A DNA stretch of 63,997 nt, the filler included, from Olpidium bornovanus S191 (lineage: Eukaryota; Fungi; Olpidiomycota), in the NCBI GenBank assembly GCA_017911155.1. It is 25 parts of 25 records of this genome, joined end to end, with 100 filler letters (N's around TTAATTAATTAA, not from the genome) between each part and the next. Parts side by side here need not be neighbours in the genome. Positions count along the whole stretch, not along the records: positions 5,900 to 13,466 come from JAEFCI010006417.1; positions 13,567 to 15,338 come from JAEFCI010005794.1; positions 15,439 to 18,370 come from JAEFCI010005757.1; positions 18,471 to 20,516 come from JAEFCI010009274.1; positions 20,617 to 22,031 come from JAEFCI010004665.1; positions 22,132 to 28,064 come from JAEFCI010008868.1; 19 more parts are not named here. One strand, given 5' to 3'. The translations under genes and the position numbers were made by a program. Shown here one piece after another: positions 11,939 to 24,099 of this stretch (its first letter is position 1; every line of letters starts with the position of its first letter). The notes under the pieces were generated by a model, which was given only the letters and a program-made list of their open reading frames with translations, did not search any database and was not told the DNA's origin.

Positions 11939-12484
11939 AATGTGACAATCTCAACCGATAGCATTTTGAATGTATAGACTTGTTGTATTCAGAGCCCGGA
12001 TGGACAATTTAACCATATTTATCCTAAAAATTACTATTGATTATATTTCTTAGATAAAATCATCTGCTCTTCGCATTGTGCACGTACCAAGTTGGTGCAG
12101 AAATCGTCAGCACCGTCATACAAGTCTCGGCGTTGGCCTTGACGGCTCCTTTTGGCCTGAGCACAAGTGGTGACAAAAAAGGAATCGTTAGTAGCTGGAC
12201 AGCGGGGTTAACGACGTCACCAGACGTCGCATTCCTGCAGGAATGATCAAGCATATTAGATGGGCTGGCCGAGCCGATGACGACGGCGCGGGCCGGGAGG
12301 TGACGGCCGAGCAGGGAATGGCGATGGCGCGCGCCGGGGCTGGCGAAGGGGCGAGCCGGGGAGTCGGAGGCGTCCCGCTCAGAATAACCTCTATTAACTT
12401 CGCCGCCACGTGATCCCCAGCCGAACGCCTGCAACAGACGCCCCCGCTGCTGCAAGGCCAACCGGAGTTTTGCGGAGCCCCGCC

Positions 12485-13300
12485 ATGAGCGGAGGAGGGG
12501 GAGGAGAACCCAAGCAGGTGGGGCAGAACGCCGGGCGGCGCCGGCGGAGCACGCGTCGGTCGTCGGCGCTGTCGCACCTGTCCGGTTCGTTTCGTAAGGC
12601 CGTCACCGGCCTTGGGACGTGCCTGGCGGCCGGGCCACCGTATCGTTGCTTGGCTGTCGCCGGTCGGCCGGCAAACGACGTTCTTAGATCATGCTCGTCA
12701 GCGTCCTGGCCCCGCCTGCGAAAGCTGATTCGTGCGCACGGACGCAGCTCTTGCTCGTCTTTGTGCACGGGTTTGCGTCGAACGACGTCACCTTCGGCGA
12801 CTTTCCCGAGCACGTTCGGACGGTACTGTCCAACTCGCTTGTCTGCGACGTCGACACCGTCGTGTACCCGACGTGTGAGTGCGAGGCTCGGGTCAGTTTG
12901 AGGGTTACGGGTTGATCATCCGGGGAACACCGACAGGCGGACCGCTGACAGGTTTTTACCGTTTTCCACCAGATTCGACGACCGGGTCGCTTACGAAAGC
13001 GGTCGATGACTTTTGCGAGTGGCTGCTGAACAAGACCGAGGAGAGGCTTAACTGGAACGACGGCCATGCCTGCCGGGAGTGCTGGACTGTGATTTTGGGT
13101 CATTCCATGGTGTGGCGAAAGGAACCGGCCGTTTTGAGAGAACGACCCACGTTCGGCGTTAACGGCCCGGGACGGAAGTCTCCCGTTAACCTGCTGTGGG
13201 TGACCGTTTAGGGCGGCCTGGTCGCGGCGGATGCGATCATCAAGCTGAAGGAGGCAACACGACGGCAGCACAGGATCCTGGGTCTCGTCGCTTTTGATAG
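12485..13300 (+). CDS. Fungal alpha/beta-fold hydrolase (putative serine esterase), 3' incomplete
   Basis: Exons 12485-12517, 12688-12874, 12973-13109 and 13212-13300 give LLLVFVHGF, VYPTYSTTGSL...FCEWL, the nucleophile elbow ILGHSMGGLVAAD, and LGLVAFD. The first exon is the least certain. Confidence 0.85.
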
Positions 13301-13663
13301 GTGAGTTTCACGGGTCGTTGGTGGTGGAGTTTCGTCGTTGTGCCAGCAAGCGGGCCGGAACAGAGAAATCTGCATTGGTGGTGAATTCTTTCTGCTCCAG
13401 GCAAACCGTCAGTATGGCGGCATCAGCAGAGCAGGTGTTGGAAGGACGGAGGTGGTTTAGACATGGNNNNNNNNNNNNNNNNNNNNNNNNNNNNNNNNNN
13501 NNNNNNNNNNTTAATTAATTAANNNNNNNNNNNNNNNNNNNNNNNNNNNNNNNNNNNNNNNNNNNNGGGAGAAAAGGACTGGCGCCGAACCGCGGAGGCC
13601 AGCACATGTGGTGTGCTGAAAAAACGGTTTGCCGGACCAAAGAGATTGAGAGGACCTACTGCT

Positions 13664-13730
13664 TCGAAGAACGCTGTGCGGTGCGTGTTGTCGAAGAACA
13701 CGCTGTGCGGTGCGTGTTGTCGAAGAACGC
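13664..13730. repeat. Short tandem repeat, 27-29 bp unit, about 2.4 copies
   Basis: tcgaagaac(ac)gctgtgcggtgcgtgttg starts at 13664, 13691 and 13720. Confidence 0.9.
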
Positions 13731-14258
13731 AGTCCCGGAGTGAGGAGAGAGAGTCAAGCGACTGGCTTCGCGCCGTCCTCAACCCAGGCGGACCCCGCGG
13801 CTGGCGGCAGTGGGCCCGCCTCCGCCCAACCCGCAGGAGACTTTCTCTCTGACTATTGATTAGTGCCCTTTGCTCAGAGAATAGTTTGGCTGCATTGGGC
13901 CCTCTCCGCCCGCTCTCCGGCCGTCCGCCTATTCCCGTGTGGTCACGTGGTGTCACGCGAGAACTCAGGGAAAGCCGCCGACCGCCGGAGAGAAACGGAC
14001 CAAAACTTCCCGCCACCCGCCACTTGATCCGGACCTGCATAGGCCGCGCCCCGCCACCCGACTGCCCTCTCAGGCCCTGCGTACGCCGCGCGCCCCGCCG
14101 TGTGCGCCCGCAGAACGCGCTGCCGGAAAAGAAAAAGGAGACAGCAGCAGCCAGCGTCTTCTCGTTACCTCTGTCAGCCACCGCAGGAGCTGGTGCCGGT
14201 TGGAAACCCGCCCTCTTCCCCCTGCTCCCCCTTGCCGTGCCTTTTTGATCGGGCAAAA

Positions 14259-15248
14259 ATGGACGAGGGGCTGCTGGGAAACTGCGGCGCGGCCGCCTCC
14301 GCCCAGGTGCCCGCCGAAGCATCTCTGTCGTCGTGCGAGCCCGGGAGCCAGCGCGGGGGCGAGCGTCGGAAGCTCAATTCGGACGAAGCGGCGCAAAGAA
14401 AAAAGCTGAAGAAATTGTACAAGGCATGTCCGACGGCTGCCAAGCGGCTTCCGCAACGCAGTCGTGCGGGAGACGATGGCCTAACCTTGCTATTCGAAAA
14501 AAAAAACTGGCTGGCAGAACTACCCGTCCTTTGTGCTCAACTCCAACGCGTACAAGACCCCCATCAGCACAAAGGTGGGGCGTGTCTCGGCCTGGCAACC
14601 CTTGGAGCTCGGAGGACCCAGCCTGACACTTTTTGGCCACACAGGATATTCGGAAGCTTTACACGTTCATTTTAGGAGCAGGAGGAAGTGCGCAGACCTG
14701 GATACTTGCGAAGGTATGCGTTGTTCGTCTTGTTCGTCGCTTTTCCTGTTGTGCTGAGCCGAACATATTGCGTATTTCAGAACCAGTCCAAGATATGCAG
14801 GGTTATACTTCTGCAGATCCCATGCCTCCGCACCGACATATTTTATGACGCGAAGTGCGGTTCGCCGGTACCTATAGGCGAGATGAGTGACCCTCTGGGG
14901 CTTCTTATCCAACTGCCGATTCTCAAGACAATCTTCTCCATCGCCTGCCCGTGCAGCGGACCACGTGAACATGACCGTCTCTGTGATCCGTTCCGGTCCT
15001 TGTCAGAGGTACCGCTGACCAAGGGGGAGAAGCGTCAAAGGGCGGCCGCGGCTGAAGGTGGGGCGCGAGAAACGTTTTGTGTTTTGTTTCTGGAGGTTTG
15101 CGTCATCTGCTAACGATTCACCGGCACGCTTACTCGCGGCTTGCCAACAGCCGCAGCTGCACGGGTTTCGCAGTCGTCCGTGCTGTCGTACGATCGCTAC
15201 CAGCTTACCCTTGCGGACATGCTGGCCCACGGTTACCCAATTCCCTCG
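14259..15248 (+). CDS. REX1: RNA exonuclease Rex1/Rnh70 (REXO-like), N-terminal part
   Basis: Exons 14259-14423, 14518-14574, 14645-14713 and 14781 onward give NYPSF...STKDIRKLYTFILG...QTWILAKNQSKICRVILLQIPCL and, later, YQLTLADMLAHGYPIP. These match Rex1 N-terminal blocks. The DEDDh domain lies off the contig. Confidence 0.75.
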
Positions 15249-16084
15249 GTAATGGATCAAAAGTCGGTTTTGCCGCTCGGTTTCGTGGAAACACGGCCGG
15301 TAATGCCTGGGGCGGGAATCGACCAACTCACCACGAAANNNNNNNNNNNNNNNNNNNNNNNNNNNNNNNNNNNNNNNNNNNNTTAATTAATTAANNNNNN
15401 NNNNNNNNNNNNNNNNNNNNNNNNNNNNNNNNNNNNNNACGCCATCCTCTTCTTCAACGATCAGCCCGCGCATCATCTCTATGGTCAATTGGCCCAGGTC
15501 GCACGCCCCAGATAAGCCTACACCAGATCACACCCAATCTCCGAATCCTCTTCTGCATGGCATGCAATCACCTCTTCGAACGCGACTGCCCCGTCAAGAC
15601 TGCCCTCGCTGTCACGTGGGCCGTCGTGAGCTGGATTGCCTCTCCGCACGAACACATCCGACATGTTCGGCGTCCCACCGGAATGAAAAGTGCCGCGTCC
15701 CGGGACGGCACCGTCTGCTGCCACTCAGCTCAACACATGCGTGGCGACAACGCATCGACCAGGGACAGTCAAGCAGACGCAAATGCTCCAGAGCACACCA
15801 ATCAAACAGACCGGTTCGCCGCGGAACCGCAAAACATTGACCGACGTTGGACAGCGTCGGCAAGCCAAAAATTGACCAACATCACAGAAATCTGTTAAAG
15901 GTGCCGTTCTAATGACCGCCCATCTTCCTCGTCGCAGCCCGGAGCGCCACGGCATCTGCTTTAGAATCCTGTAAAAACGCAAAAAAAAAAAAAAAAAAAA
16001 AAAAAAGAAAAGCGCAATCAGAACACTCAGTTGCCAATGTGAACAAATCCCCGTTTTTCGATTATGCCAGACGCCGGTACAAAC

Positions 16085-17900
16085 CTTAATAGAATAGGTG
16101 CCGTAGTTTTTCTCGGGGTCTTTTATACAAAAGGAAACAAGCATCAGCATCAAAGTAAAGCGGGTCTGACTGCCACGGCCAATACGCGTCTTAAAAGCAC
16201 TCACCGAAAACTTCCCACCGGCTCGCCGGGGAAATGTGCTTATTCCTCTCGTACCAACTCCGCTCGACTACCTTTCCCGCGTGAGACTGTGCGAAACGTC
16301 AGCAAACGGCCGAGCGTGTTTTCGTTTGTCGGATTGGCGGCCATTTGCGTTTAAATAAAAGGGTAGCAAGCGGCGGTTTTGCTCCGCACCTCATCCTTTT
16401 CCAGTGTCGCGTCGTTGGTCAGCCGGACATCCTCGTGCACGTCGAAGCTAAATAGCGGGCCGGACTTCCCTCGTGCCTTGTTAATGATAAAGTCGTAGAA
16501 GGTATAGTGCTGTAGTGTCATAGTAGAACACACGGTGAGTTCTCCCCGTCGGTGAAAATGGGACGAACAGACGTAGGCAGGTAACGTACGTGAGGAATTA
16601 TCAGATCCTCCTTGATATAAAGGAGATTGTCCACCGATATACTTCGCAGCTGGTGGAACTGTTGTCGGCACTTTTCCAGAAACTGGGCGATATTGTCCCC
16701 CTTTTTACACTAGTTACACCCCGCCGGAAGTGGGTGTCACTGATCTGCCACGGCAGGTCAGGCTGCAGGCGCACAAAAAAACAACGACAAAGCTCGTGTA
16801 CCTCGACCGCCTTCCTGTGTCCCGACCCATCCCAATACGAATACGTAATGCTGATCGTCTCGTCTGTTCAAAATTCCACAGCAACGTAGCAGCAAACATT
16901 GATGAGCGGCGGATACCAAAGAATCACACCGTGCGAGGTACGTGAACGCCACACACTTTTCAGCTCCTCCTGATTCCTCAGCCACTCAGTTCTAAGCTCC
17001 TCCCGAATTTTCCGCTCCTCCTCATCCCGTTCCCGGTCTGGGAGAAACGAAGTGTCGACATCGGGGTTTTTCTTTAGCTTTGGCTTCTTCGCCTGGATTT
17101 CTGGATGTAGCGGCGGGGTCAAGAGGATCAGCCGACGCGGCAGTCACCAAATGGCAAGCGCAAGAATGCCTCACGGTCGACAATTTACTCTGCAGAACGA
17201 ACCCTTCTCGCCGGCACCGTCGCCGTCCACGTCCTCCTCCTCCAGCTCGAACGACAAAGTGGCTTTCGCTCTTTTCTTTTTAGGCCTTTTCTTCTTATCC
17301 TCATTTCCAACCCTAGTCACGCGAGAAAAAGAGAGGAGAGGCAGAGCAAAAAAAAAAAAAACCGGCAAACGTCCAGGTAGTCAGCCAATTCGCAGCCCTC
17401 CGGCGTGAAAGCAAGGGGCCGGGGGGAGGGGCGCGCTCACGCTTTGTCTGTGACCTGAACGGAATCCTTCTCCCTTTGGTGCTCAAGCTCCGCGCGAATC
17501 CGCTGGAAATCTTCGAGCTGCACCAGTCCAACGGTGCTCCGCTTGAGCGAGCTCTCGAGACCGTCCGTCTGCGAGACGAACTTAGAATCACCTATTTTCA
17601 CGTCGGAGTCCTGCAAAATCCGCGCATCGCAGAGGCGGGCACCCGTGGCGTCAGACAAAAAAGTGCGCGTCACGCCGGGGGGGCGGGGAGGGCGCAAACG
17701 GAGGGTTTGGCTCTCCGTGGGAGCCCTTTCCGAGAGCAGCCAAGCGACGCCACGCAGCAGCAAAAGAAAAACGCAGGAGGCGGTTCGCGCCGGTCGACCT
17801 TTGCGATCTGCTGCCTTTGTTTCTCGAAGTCGGCCATCATCTTTTCTCGCTGCTTCTCCAGCAGGCCCTGCCTCCTGCCCTCCGTTCTCGAATCCGCCAT
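16085..17900 (-). CDS. XAP5: XAP5/FAM50 nuclear protein, multi-exon, near complete
   Basis: Motifs [66 protein letters not shown] and KDESHAGKVV lie in GT-AG exons. The extreme 3' end is uncertain. Confidence 0.95.
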
Positions 17901-18078
17901 GGCTGCTGGTGCTGCCGGTGCTGCCGGTACTGCCGGTGCTGCTGGTGTTGGTGTCAGGCGGCCGGGCGCCTGTGCCGCGGAGCCTGTGCTCTGGGTGCCG
18001 GTAGCGTTCTCTCCGTACAGAAAATTACGGGCTTCCGCAGGTTCTGCGCCGTCCGCGTGTGCGATCCCGCAACACCTG

Positions 18079-18123
<45 letters not shown>

Positions 18124-18179
18124 CTTGTCCCCCCCACAAGAACCCCGGGGCCCCCCCGGCGAGCCGCGTTCCCCCCCCC

Positions 18180-18224
<45 letters not shown>

Positions 18225-18530
18225 TCTGTTTCGTCGTCCCACACACAGGACACGCGGACGCTCACGGTAGAGCAGCGTTCGACCCCACCCGCCCCCTTTT
18301 TTATGGAGTAAGCCGACTTCGCGACGAACCCGTGCTGCGGAATTGAGGTTGGGTGGGGGTGGGGCGGGGGNNNNNNNNNNNNNNNNNNNNNNNNNNNNNN
18401 NNNNNNNNNNNNNNTTAATTAATTAANNNNNNNNNNNNNNNNNNNNNNNNNNNNNNNNNNNNNNNNNNNNCATGCGAGAAAAAGAAAGTTCCTCGCAGAA
18501 ACGAAAAAAACGAAAAAAGATCTCAGCGCG

Positions 18531-19373
18531 TCAAAAAAAAGAAAATTGGCCGGGGAATAAAAGGACGAGCGGGAAATACAGCAGGCACTCTACCGGGTAT
18601 CCGTGCTTCGTGAGCAGGGGATGGTTGTATCGGGTCGGCGTGGTAGAGACGGAGTCCGAGTCTTCGTCGGAGTCGCACTCCGATCCAGAGTACCCGCCGC
18701 CGCACCCGCCGTCGCCGCCGGAGGAACTTTCCGCGTCGCGCTCGGCGGCTCCGGGCGCCGCGCTGTCGGCGAAACACCTTCGGCTGAGCGCGACGGGCGG
18801 CGCCTGACCCGTTACTCCCATCTTCACGAAATTCGACCGCCTGATCGGGATCGCCGCGCCGTACGAGTTGCGGTGCATCAGCGGCGGGAACATCCCGCGC
18901 AGGTCTCTCACGCAGTACCGCGCGGCGTCCATCCGCTTCCTCACGAGCTCCAGGTCCGCCGCGCCGCCGTCGCCTATCATCGGATCGCCCAGCACGCCGA
19001 AACCCGGCTCGCACCCGGCCGGCGCCGGCAATTCCGGACGTCCCGGGCCGCCGGCGGCGCGGCAAAAAGCCGGGGAAAACCGTGCGAACGACGCGGGCGC
19101 GCCCCTCGGCAAGGGTTTCGTCGCGAGCCGCCCTCGGCGGTGAGGGAGGAGGCCGCCCTGCGTCGGCGACCCGCGGCCGTCGCGGGCCGGCGCGCGCTCG
19201 AAAGGGGCCGGGCGGATCGGCGCCTGCCGGTGGACGACGGTCTGGGGCCGCCGCGCGTCCCCGCGCAAGAGGTCGACCAGGACTTTCTGCCGGGAGATTT
19301 GCGGGGGCGACAGGCAGGGACTCGGCGGACCGGGCGACGGCGGCGCGGGCCGGTCGTTCGCCGGCGGCGGCTG

Positions 19374-19404
<31 letters not shown>

Positions 19405-20273
19405 TTGGAAGGGGCGAGCGCCTCGCCGCCGGGCTGGGGAGACGCCCCGCGACCGGCGGAAACCGCGGGAGCCCGGGACGACCGGACGCTCCGCCTCTTC
19501 CCCGGAGAAGGGGCGTTGGGCCCGCCGGCCTCGGGACCGCCGGCGTCGGGCCCGCGCGCGGCGGCGGCGCGCGGGGAGGAAGGCCTGGTGAAGTCCGTGG
19601 GCGGGCGCACCCGGCGGGCGTGCAGCACGGCGAAGAGGTCCTTGGTTTCTACGTGGGCGGACGCCGGCGGGGTCCTCCACCCGCACAGGGCCTCGCTCTC
19701 CCAGATCTCGGGCGTGCTCGGCCGCGGCCCGCTCCTCCTGCCCTGGCGCTCGCGCCTCCCCCGCGCCCCGCCGCCTGAGCCGGGCGGCCGCGGGCGGTCG
19801 TCCCTCCTCCCGCAGGAAACGGAGCCGAACCGCACGTCGTCCGGCGTGCCGCCGGGGGCGGGAGGCCCGGCGGCCGCCGCGGCGGACGCGGCGCCGATAG
19901 CCTCGAACGCCGCGGCGGTACCGGCCGGCGCGCCCTGCGGCGGACAGTCCGAACCGAGTCCCGTTTGTTGCTCGCGGCGCAGCTGCTCCTGCTGCTGCTG
20001 GGACACCGCCGCTTCGCCGCCGCCGCCGGCCGCGGCAACCGCACGAGAGGACCCCAGCCGCCGGCGGATGTGCCTCCAGTGCGCCTGCTTGTACTCGCCG
20101 ACGGCGCTGCTCCTGTGTCCCTCGGGCGGGTTGAAAATCCGGTACTTGCTCACGACGACGGCTTTCTCTGCCGCTTCCGCCCTCACCTCGGGCTGCTTCG
20201 GCAGCGTCGCCGGCGTCGCGACCCGGCAACCCGCCGGCGAAGGAAACACCGGGACGTAGCTTACGAAGCTCAT
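18531..20273 (-). CDS. Hypothetical 580-aa intronless, largely disordered protein
   Basis: Long ORF with ATG in AAGATGA context. Low-complexity linkers separate short ordered blocks. No family recognised. Confidence 0.55.
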
Positions 20274-20683
20274 CTTTTTCGGTCGGTAGCTTTTTTGTTT
20301 TTTTTTGGACTTCTTGGCGCAAAAGTGAAGGGAGCCCTTCCGCGGAGCTGCTGCGAGCGGGTCCCGCGAGGAACGACGACGCCTGCGAGAAGAATAGAAA
20401 AAAGAGTATGAGAGGGAGAAAGAGAAAGAGAGAGAGAAGAGGGAGAGAAAGAAAGACGATAGCGACGGCCGGGGTGTTAGGGTGGGGGGGGGGGGGGGGG
20501 GGGGGGGTGTTCCCGGNNNNNNNNNNNNNNNNNNNNNNNNNNNNNNNNNNNNNNNNNNNNTTAATTAATTAANNNNNNNNNNNNNNNNNNNNNNNNNNNN
20601 NNNNNNNNNNNNNNNNAAAAACAAACGACACCCGAACAATCGGCAGCGCCGGGAAGAAAGCGAGACGAGGCGAGCCGCCGCGG

Positions 20684-20723
<40 letters not shown>

Positions 20724-21628
20724 AAAAAAATGAGAAAAAAAAAAGCTGTTAAAGAAGTCAAAAGAAAGCTCAAAAATGAGGGTGAAAAGAAAGCGGATAA
20801 AGAGATTTTTGGAAAGGTGACCGTTCCGGTTGATGTGGGCGAGAGCTTTTCGGAAAGGGAAAAAAAAAAAAAAAAAAAATGAAACGCTGACGTGTTCCTG
20901 CCAAAATCTCCGGACGCGTGAACCCCCCCCCCCCCCCCCCACCCCCTTTACTTCCCCCCCACCCTGGATTTTGGATTTTCGACAGGACGGCGTTCAGGGT
21001 TGATCTGCGTTTGTTTCAGGACGGGAAACCTCCGCCCCCACACACTTCCCCCACTTTCCCAAAGGAAACTTGCGACCAAAATTTCAAACTTGGCGTGGAC
21101 GAGGACAGGGAAGCACGGCGGTCACGCGACCCGGGACGACGTGCTCCCATTTTCCGCCATCATAAATTCGTCCCTAAACACCCCCCAAAAACCCCCTTAA
21201 CAGGCGCCACCCTGAAACCCCGTCAGTGCGTCCAATTTTTTCGTCCAGAGCACTTTTTGCATGCACTGGAAATTGCAGTGGAAACTGGCCGTCATTGGTT
21301 TGGCCAGATATGTTCTTTTGAAGTTTGCGAAACAAACCAACGGGACATGACAGAATCTTTGCTTCCTTTAATGTGCTGCGTACACCGCAAGAGGCATCAA
21401 GTTCCTGCCCGCAGCGCTGTCGCAACGGTTGACGTCAATCATCCACGTGATGAAGGTGGCGCGACCAAAGCTGTCATAGAAAAAGAGCATGCGGCCAACT
21501 TGACGTTCATCATGCCCTCCTCTCGATGCACTTCACGCACAACCATAATTCACGCATGCGGATCCGCCTTACAAAAAAAAGGCGGCCGTCAGTTAAAAAG
21601 GGAGAGTAGGAAGATCGCAGAGAATAAG

Positions 21629-21751
21629 GGAGTTCTATAACACGCCAAAAAAAGAGTCGAGTTCGTTTCTTTTTTGACAGAAGGCGCCAGGAGTTCTATA
21701 ACATGCCAAAAAATGAGTCGAGTTCGTTTCTTTTTTTTGACAGAAGGCACC
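21629..21751. repeat. Direct tandem duplication, 61-bp unit x2
   Basis: ggagttctataaca(c/t)gccaaaaaa...gagtcgagttcgtttctttt...gacagaaggc at 21629 and 21690. Confidence 0.92.
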
Positions 21752-21787
21752 AACCCGAGTATTTCCGGGCCCCTCCCTGCATCTTGT

Positions 21788-21913
21788 TCATTTGTCGAAA
21801 TCGTAAGGGAACGTGCCGCGGCTCATCTGATCGTCCCAATATTCAATCTGCAGACGCAGGGAAGTGATGCAGGGAATGGCAGCAAGGAGCGCAGTGAGGA
21901 ACTTGAAATGCAT
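21788..21913 (-). CDS. Candidate small secreted peptide (MHFKFLTALLAAIPCITSLRLQIEYWDDQMSRGTFPYDFDK*)
   Basis: Signal-peptide-like N-terminus (basic residue, hydrophobic core, small residues). Only 41 aa long. Confidence 0.3.
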   Translation of the reverse strand: MHFKFLTALLAAIPCITSLRLQIEYWDDQMSRGTFPYDFDK

Positions 21914-22131
21914 GCAAGCTCTTTGGAACGAAACTGGGATGTCAAAATGCCCCCAGGCAGGATTCTTGCCGAACCTTACCCAGAAATCAGGGCACAACTG
22001 ATAGTATGCTATACGGAACTGTCCACAAGGGNNNNNNNNNNNNNNNNNNNNNNNNNNNNNNNNNNNNNNNNNNNNTTAATTAATTAANNNNNNNNNNNNN
22101 NNNNNNNNNNNNNNNNNNNNNNNNNNNNNNN

Positions 22132-23719
22132 AAGTGCCTTGAAAATCGGAAGTGCCTTGTCTTCCAGTTGCTTGACCATGTCGGCGCTTTTCCACCACCC
22201 GTCCTTGTTTTTCCCAGGCTGAATGATCACTCGGGCTGCTTGGGGAAGCTTGAGATTCTTGGCCTCGTCCTCAAAAAGGCAGAGTGGACCGTGGCACTCG
22301 CATAGGAAGTCGCTGACCATGAGAGATCGACCTACATGTGAATGGTATGATTAATAAAGTACTGCACGCAGGAGTAGTGTTTGTACGCCGCCTCACCTTG
22401 ACCCTTTTTTTGATGATGGATTCACCGTCTTCTAGCCACATGGAAGATTTGGCATCATTCGAATAGAACGTGCACTCGTCGTGAGTGACAAGGACGTGCT
22501 TCGTCTCCCAGATCCGTAAACGTGGGGTGACCGTCTCTTCCATGATGTCCCCCTTGTAGGTGTCCATGACCTTCCTGTACTCCAACATCTTCTTTGCCCA
22601 CTCTTTGCGGTACCCGATGACATCTAGACGTTCGTGGCCATCAAAATAAATCTGGAATTGAAGTCAGCCAGAGCTTCATATCATACATAGCAGAATAATG
22701 CACCATCTTACCTGTTGGCCAGCTGTGCGCTTTTTGAACCCCCAGAAATTCATGAACTTGGCGACTGTAGCAAGACTGACTGTTGCTTCCAGTCCCAGTT
22801 TGTCTGGAAAGATGTTGGTCTGCAGCTCCCGCTGTAGATTTGCAGCGGAACGGTCTTGAGGTTTTGTGGTGCGGAGCCACTGCAGACATCTTCCTTTGAT
22901 GTCTTCGTCGTCCAGGATTGACTCTCGTTTGGCGTGCTTTCCTTGAGCGTGCTCAGGCAGGTAGCCGAGCTTGACGTACGCCTTTGCCCATGCACGAATG
23001 CACCGACAGGCATGGTCGGTGCTCGAGACCCATCGTGCCTCAGCTGCTCGCTTTGAGGCCTCCGATTTCTTTGCGCCTTCCAGAATGAGCGTCATGTAAA
23101 GCTGCAGCACCATCAACCGGCGCAGCTGGTAGCCGGATACACAGGCCAGCTCTGATTTCTGGTTTTTGATCCACGCAAGTCCATCTCTAAGTTTCTGTTC
23201 GGCGGCGGCAAATTTCTCCATCTCATCCTGCGCCACCGCATCCTCCCCAGCCTCCTGCACAGTTCCGCCTGCCGCTGTGGCACGTTGGAACCTCTGATCA
23301 ATCCGCTGGTAAGATTTAGCATGCTGCACCATCTCTCCTTCTGCCTTCCGCTTGCGCCAATCAGATGTGCGCGATGTGCCTGCAATATGTGCAAAGGAAA
23401 TCAGCAACCTCTTCTCAGAAAAATACTAGCAGAACGTCTGGTTCCAAATACCCGTGTACACCGTTCGCAAGTGACTGCCAGCTTTGCCAGCTTTCAGTTT
23501 TGTGCTCAGCTGTGGCTCGGTGACGCCCTGTAGCCACTGATTGAGGAGTTCCTGATCAACGACGCTATCCTCCCCGTAGCTGTCTCCAATTCCCGTTTCC
23601 TCTGCATGGTTGTACTCCTGAGTCTGTTCGTTGGCTTCAGGATGCTGATCTGCCCTTGACTGTCGAGCCATGGCATCATTGAGATGCCTGGCAGCTGTAT
23701 GCTTCTTTACTCTGGGCAT
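22132..23719 (-). mobile_element. IS630/Tc1/mariner-like DDE transposase gene with three introns, one frameshift, 3' end cut by the contig
   Basis: Introns 23380-23451, 22652-22711 and 22332-22396 join RTVYTG-TSRTSDW, IYFDGHERLDV, VLVTHDECTFYSND (first catalytic Asp) and GRSLMVSDF...PGKNKDGWW. Confidence 0.85.
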
Positions 23720-24099
23720 GGTGGCTGTTGTGTGCTGTTATGTGCTGTCTGGTTCTCTGTGAGTGGTGTGGGCTTTGGGGGGAATTTGTCTGGGGGGATG
23801 ATGGGGGGGGCTCACCCTTTATATACCCATCAGGCACACATAGGTGGCGAGTCTTTGATTTTTTTATTAATTGATTTTCCAGAAAGATCATTTTTGATAG
23901 ACAATTTTTTCCCAAAATCTAAAACAAGTGGTGAGTCTAAGCTTGTCGCACCATATAATCACACCAGCGAGCGCGCTGATCCTTTTCCCTCCCCTTCCTT
24001 TTAACGACCTTAACAACGGGGTGAAGCAGACGTGTTGCCGTGGCGTCGCGGCGCCGGAAAGTTCTTCTTTTGGTTTTTGTTCGAACTCGGGACTAAAGG

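Noticed and set aside
11940-12060. LTR and primer-binding site for the copia remnant
   Set aside because: No matching second LTR and no convincing tRNA-complementary PBS could be seen.
16200-16260. XAP5 motif reads HISPASRW instead of the usual HIFPASRW
   Set aside because: It is a single base (TCC versus TTC) beside a homopolymer and cannot be told from a sequencing error without reads.
18523-20322. 599-aa, 391-aa and 284-aa ORFs overlapping the 580-aa ORF, and similar long Arg/Pro-rich ORFs elsewhere (e.g. 46248-47447, 56672-57679)
   Set aside because: They are shadow frames expected in very GC-rich sequence with few stop codons, and show no recognisable motifs.
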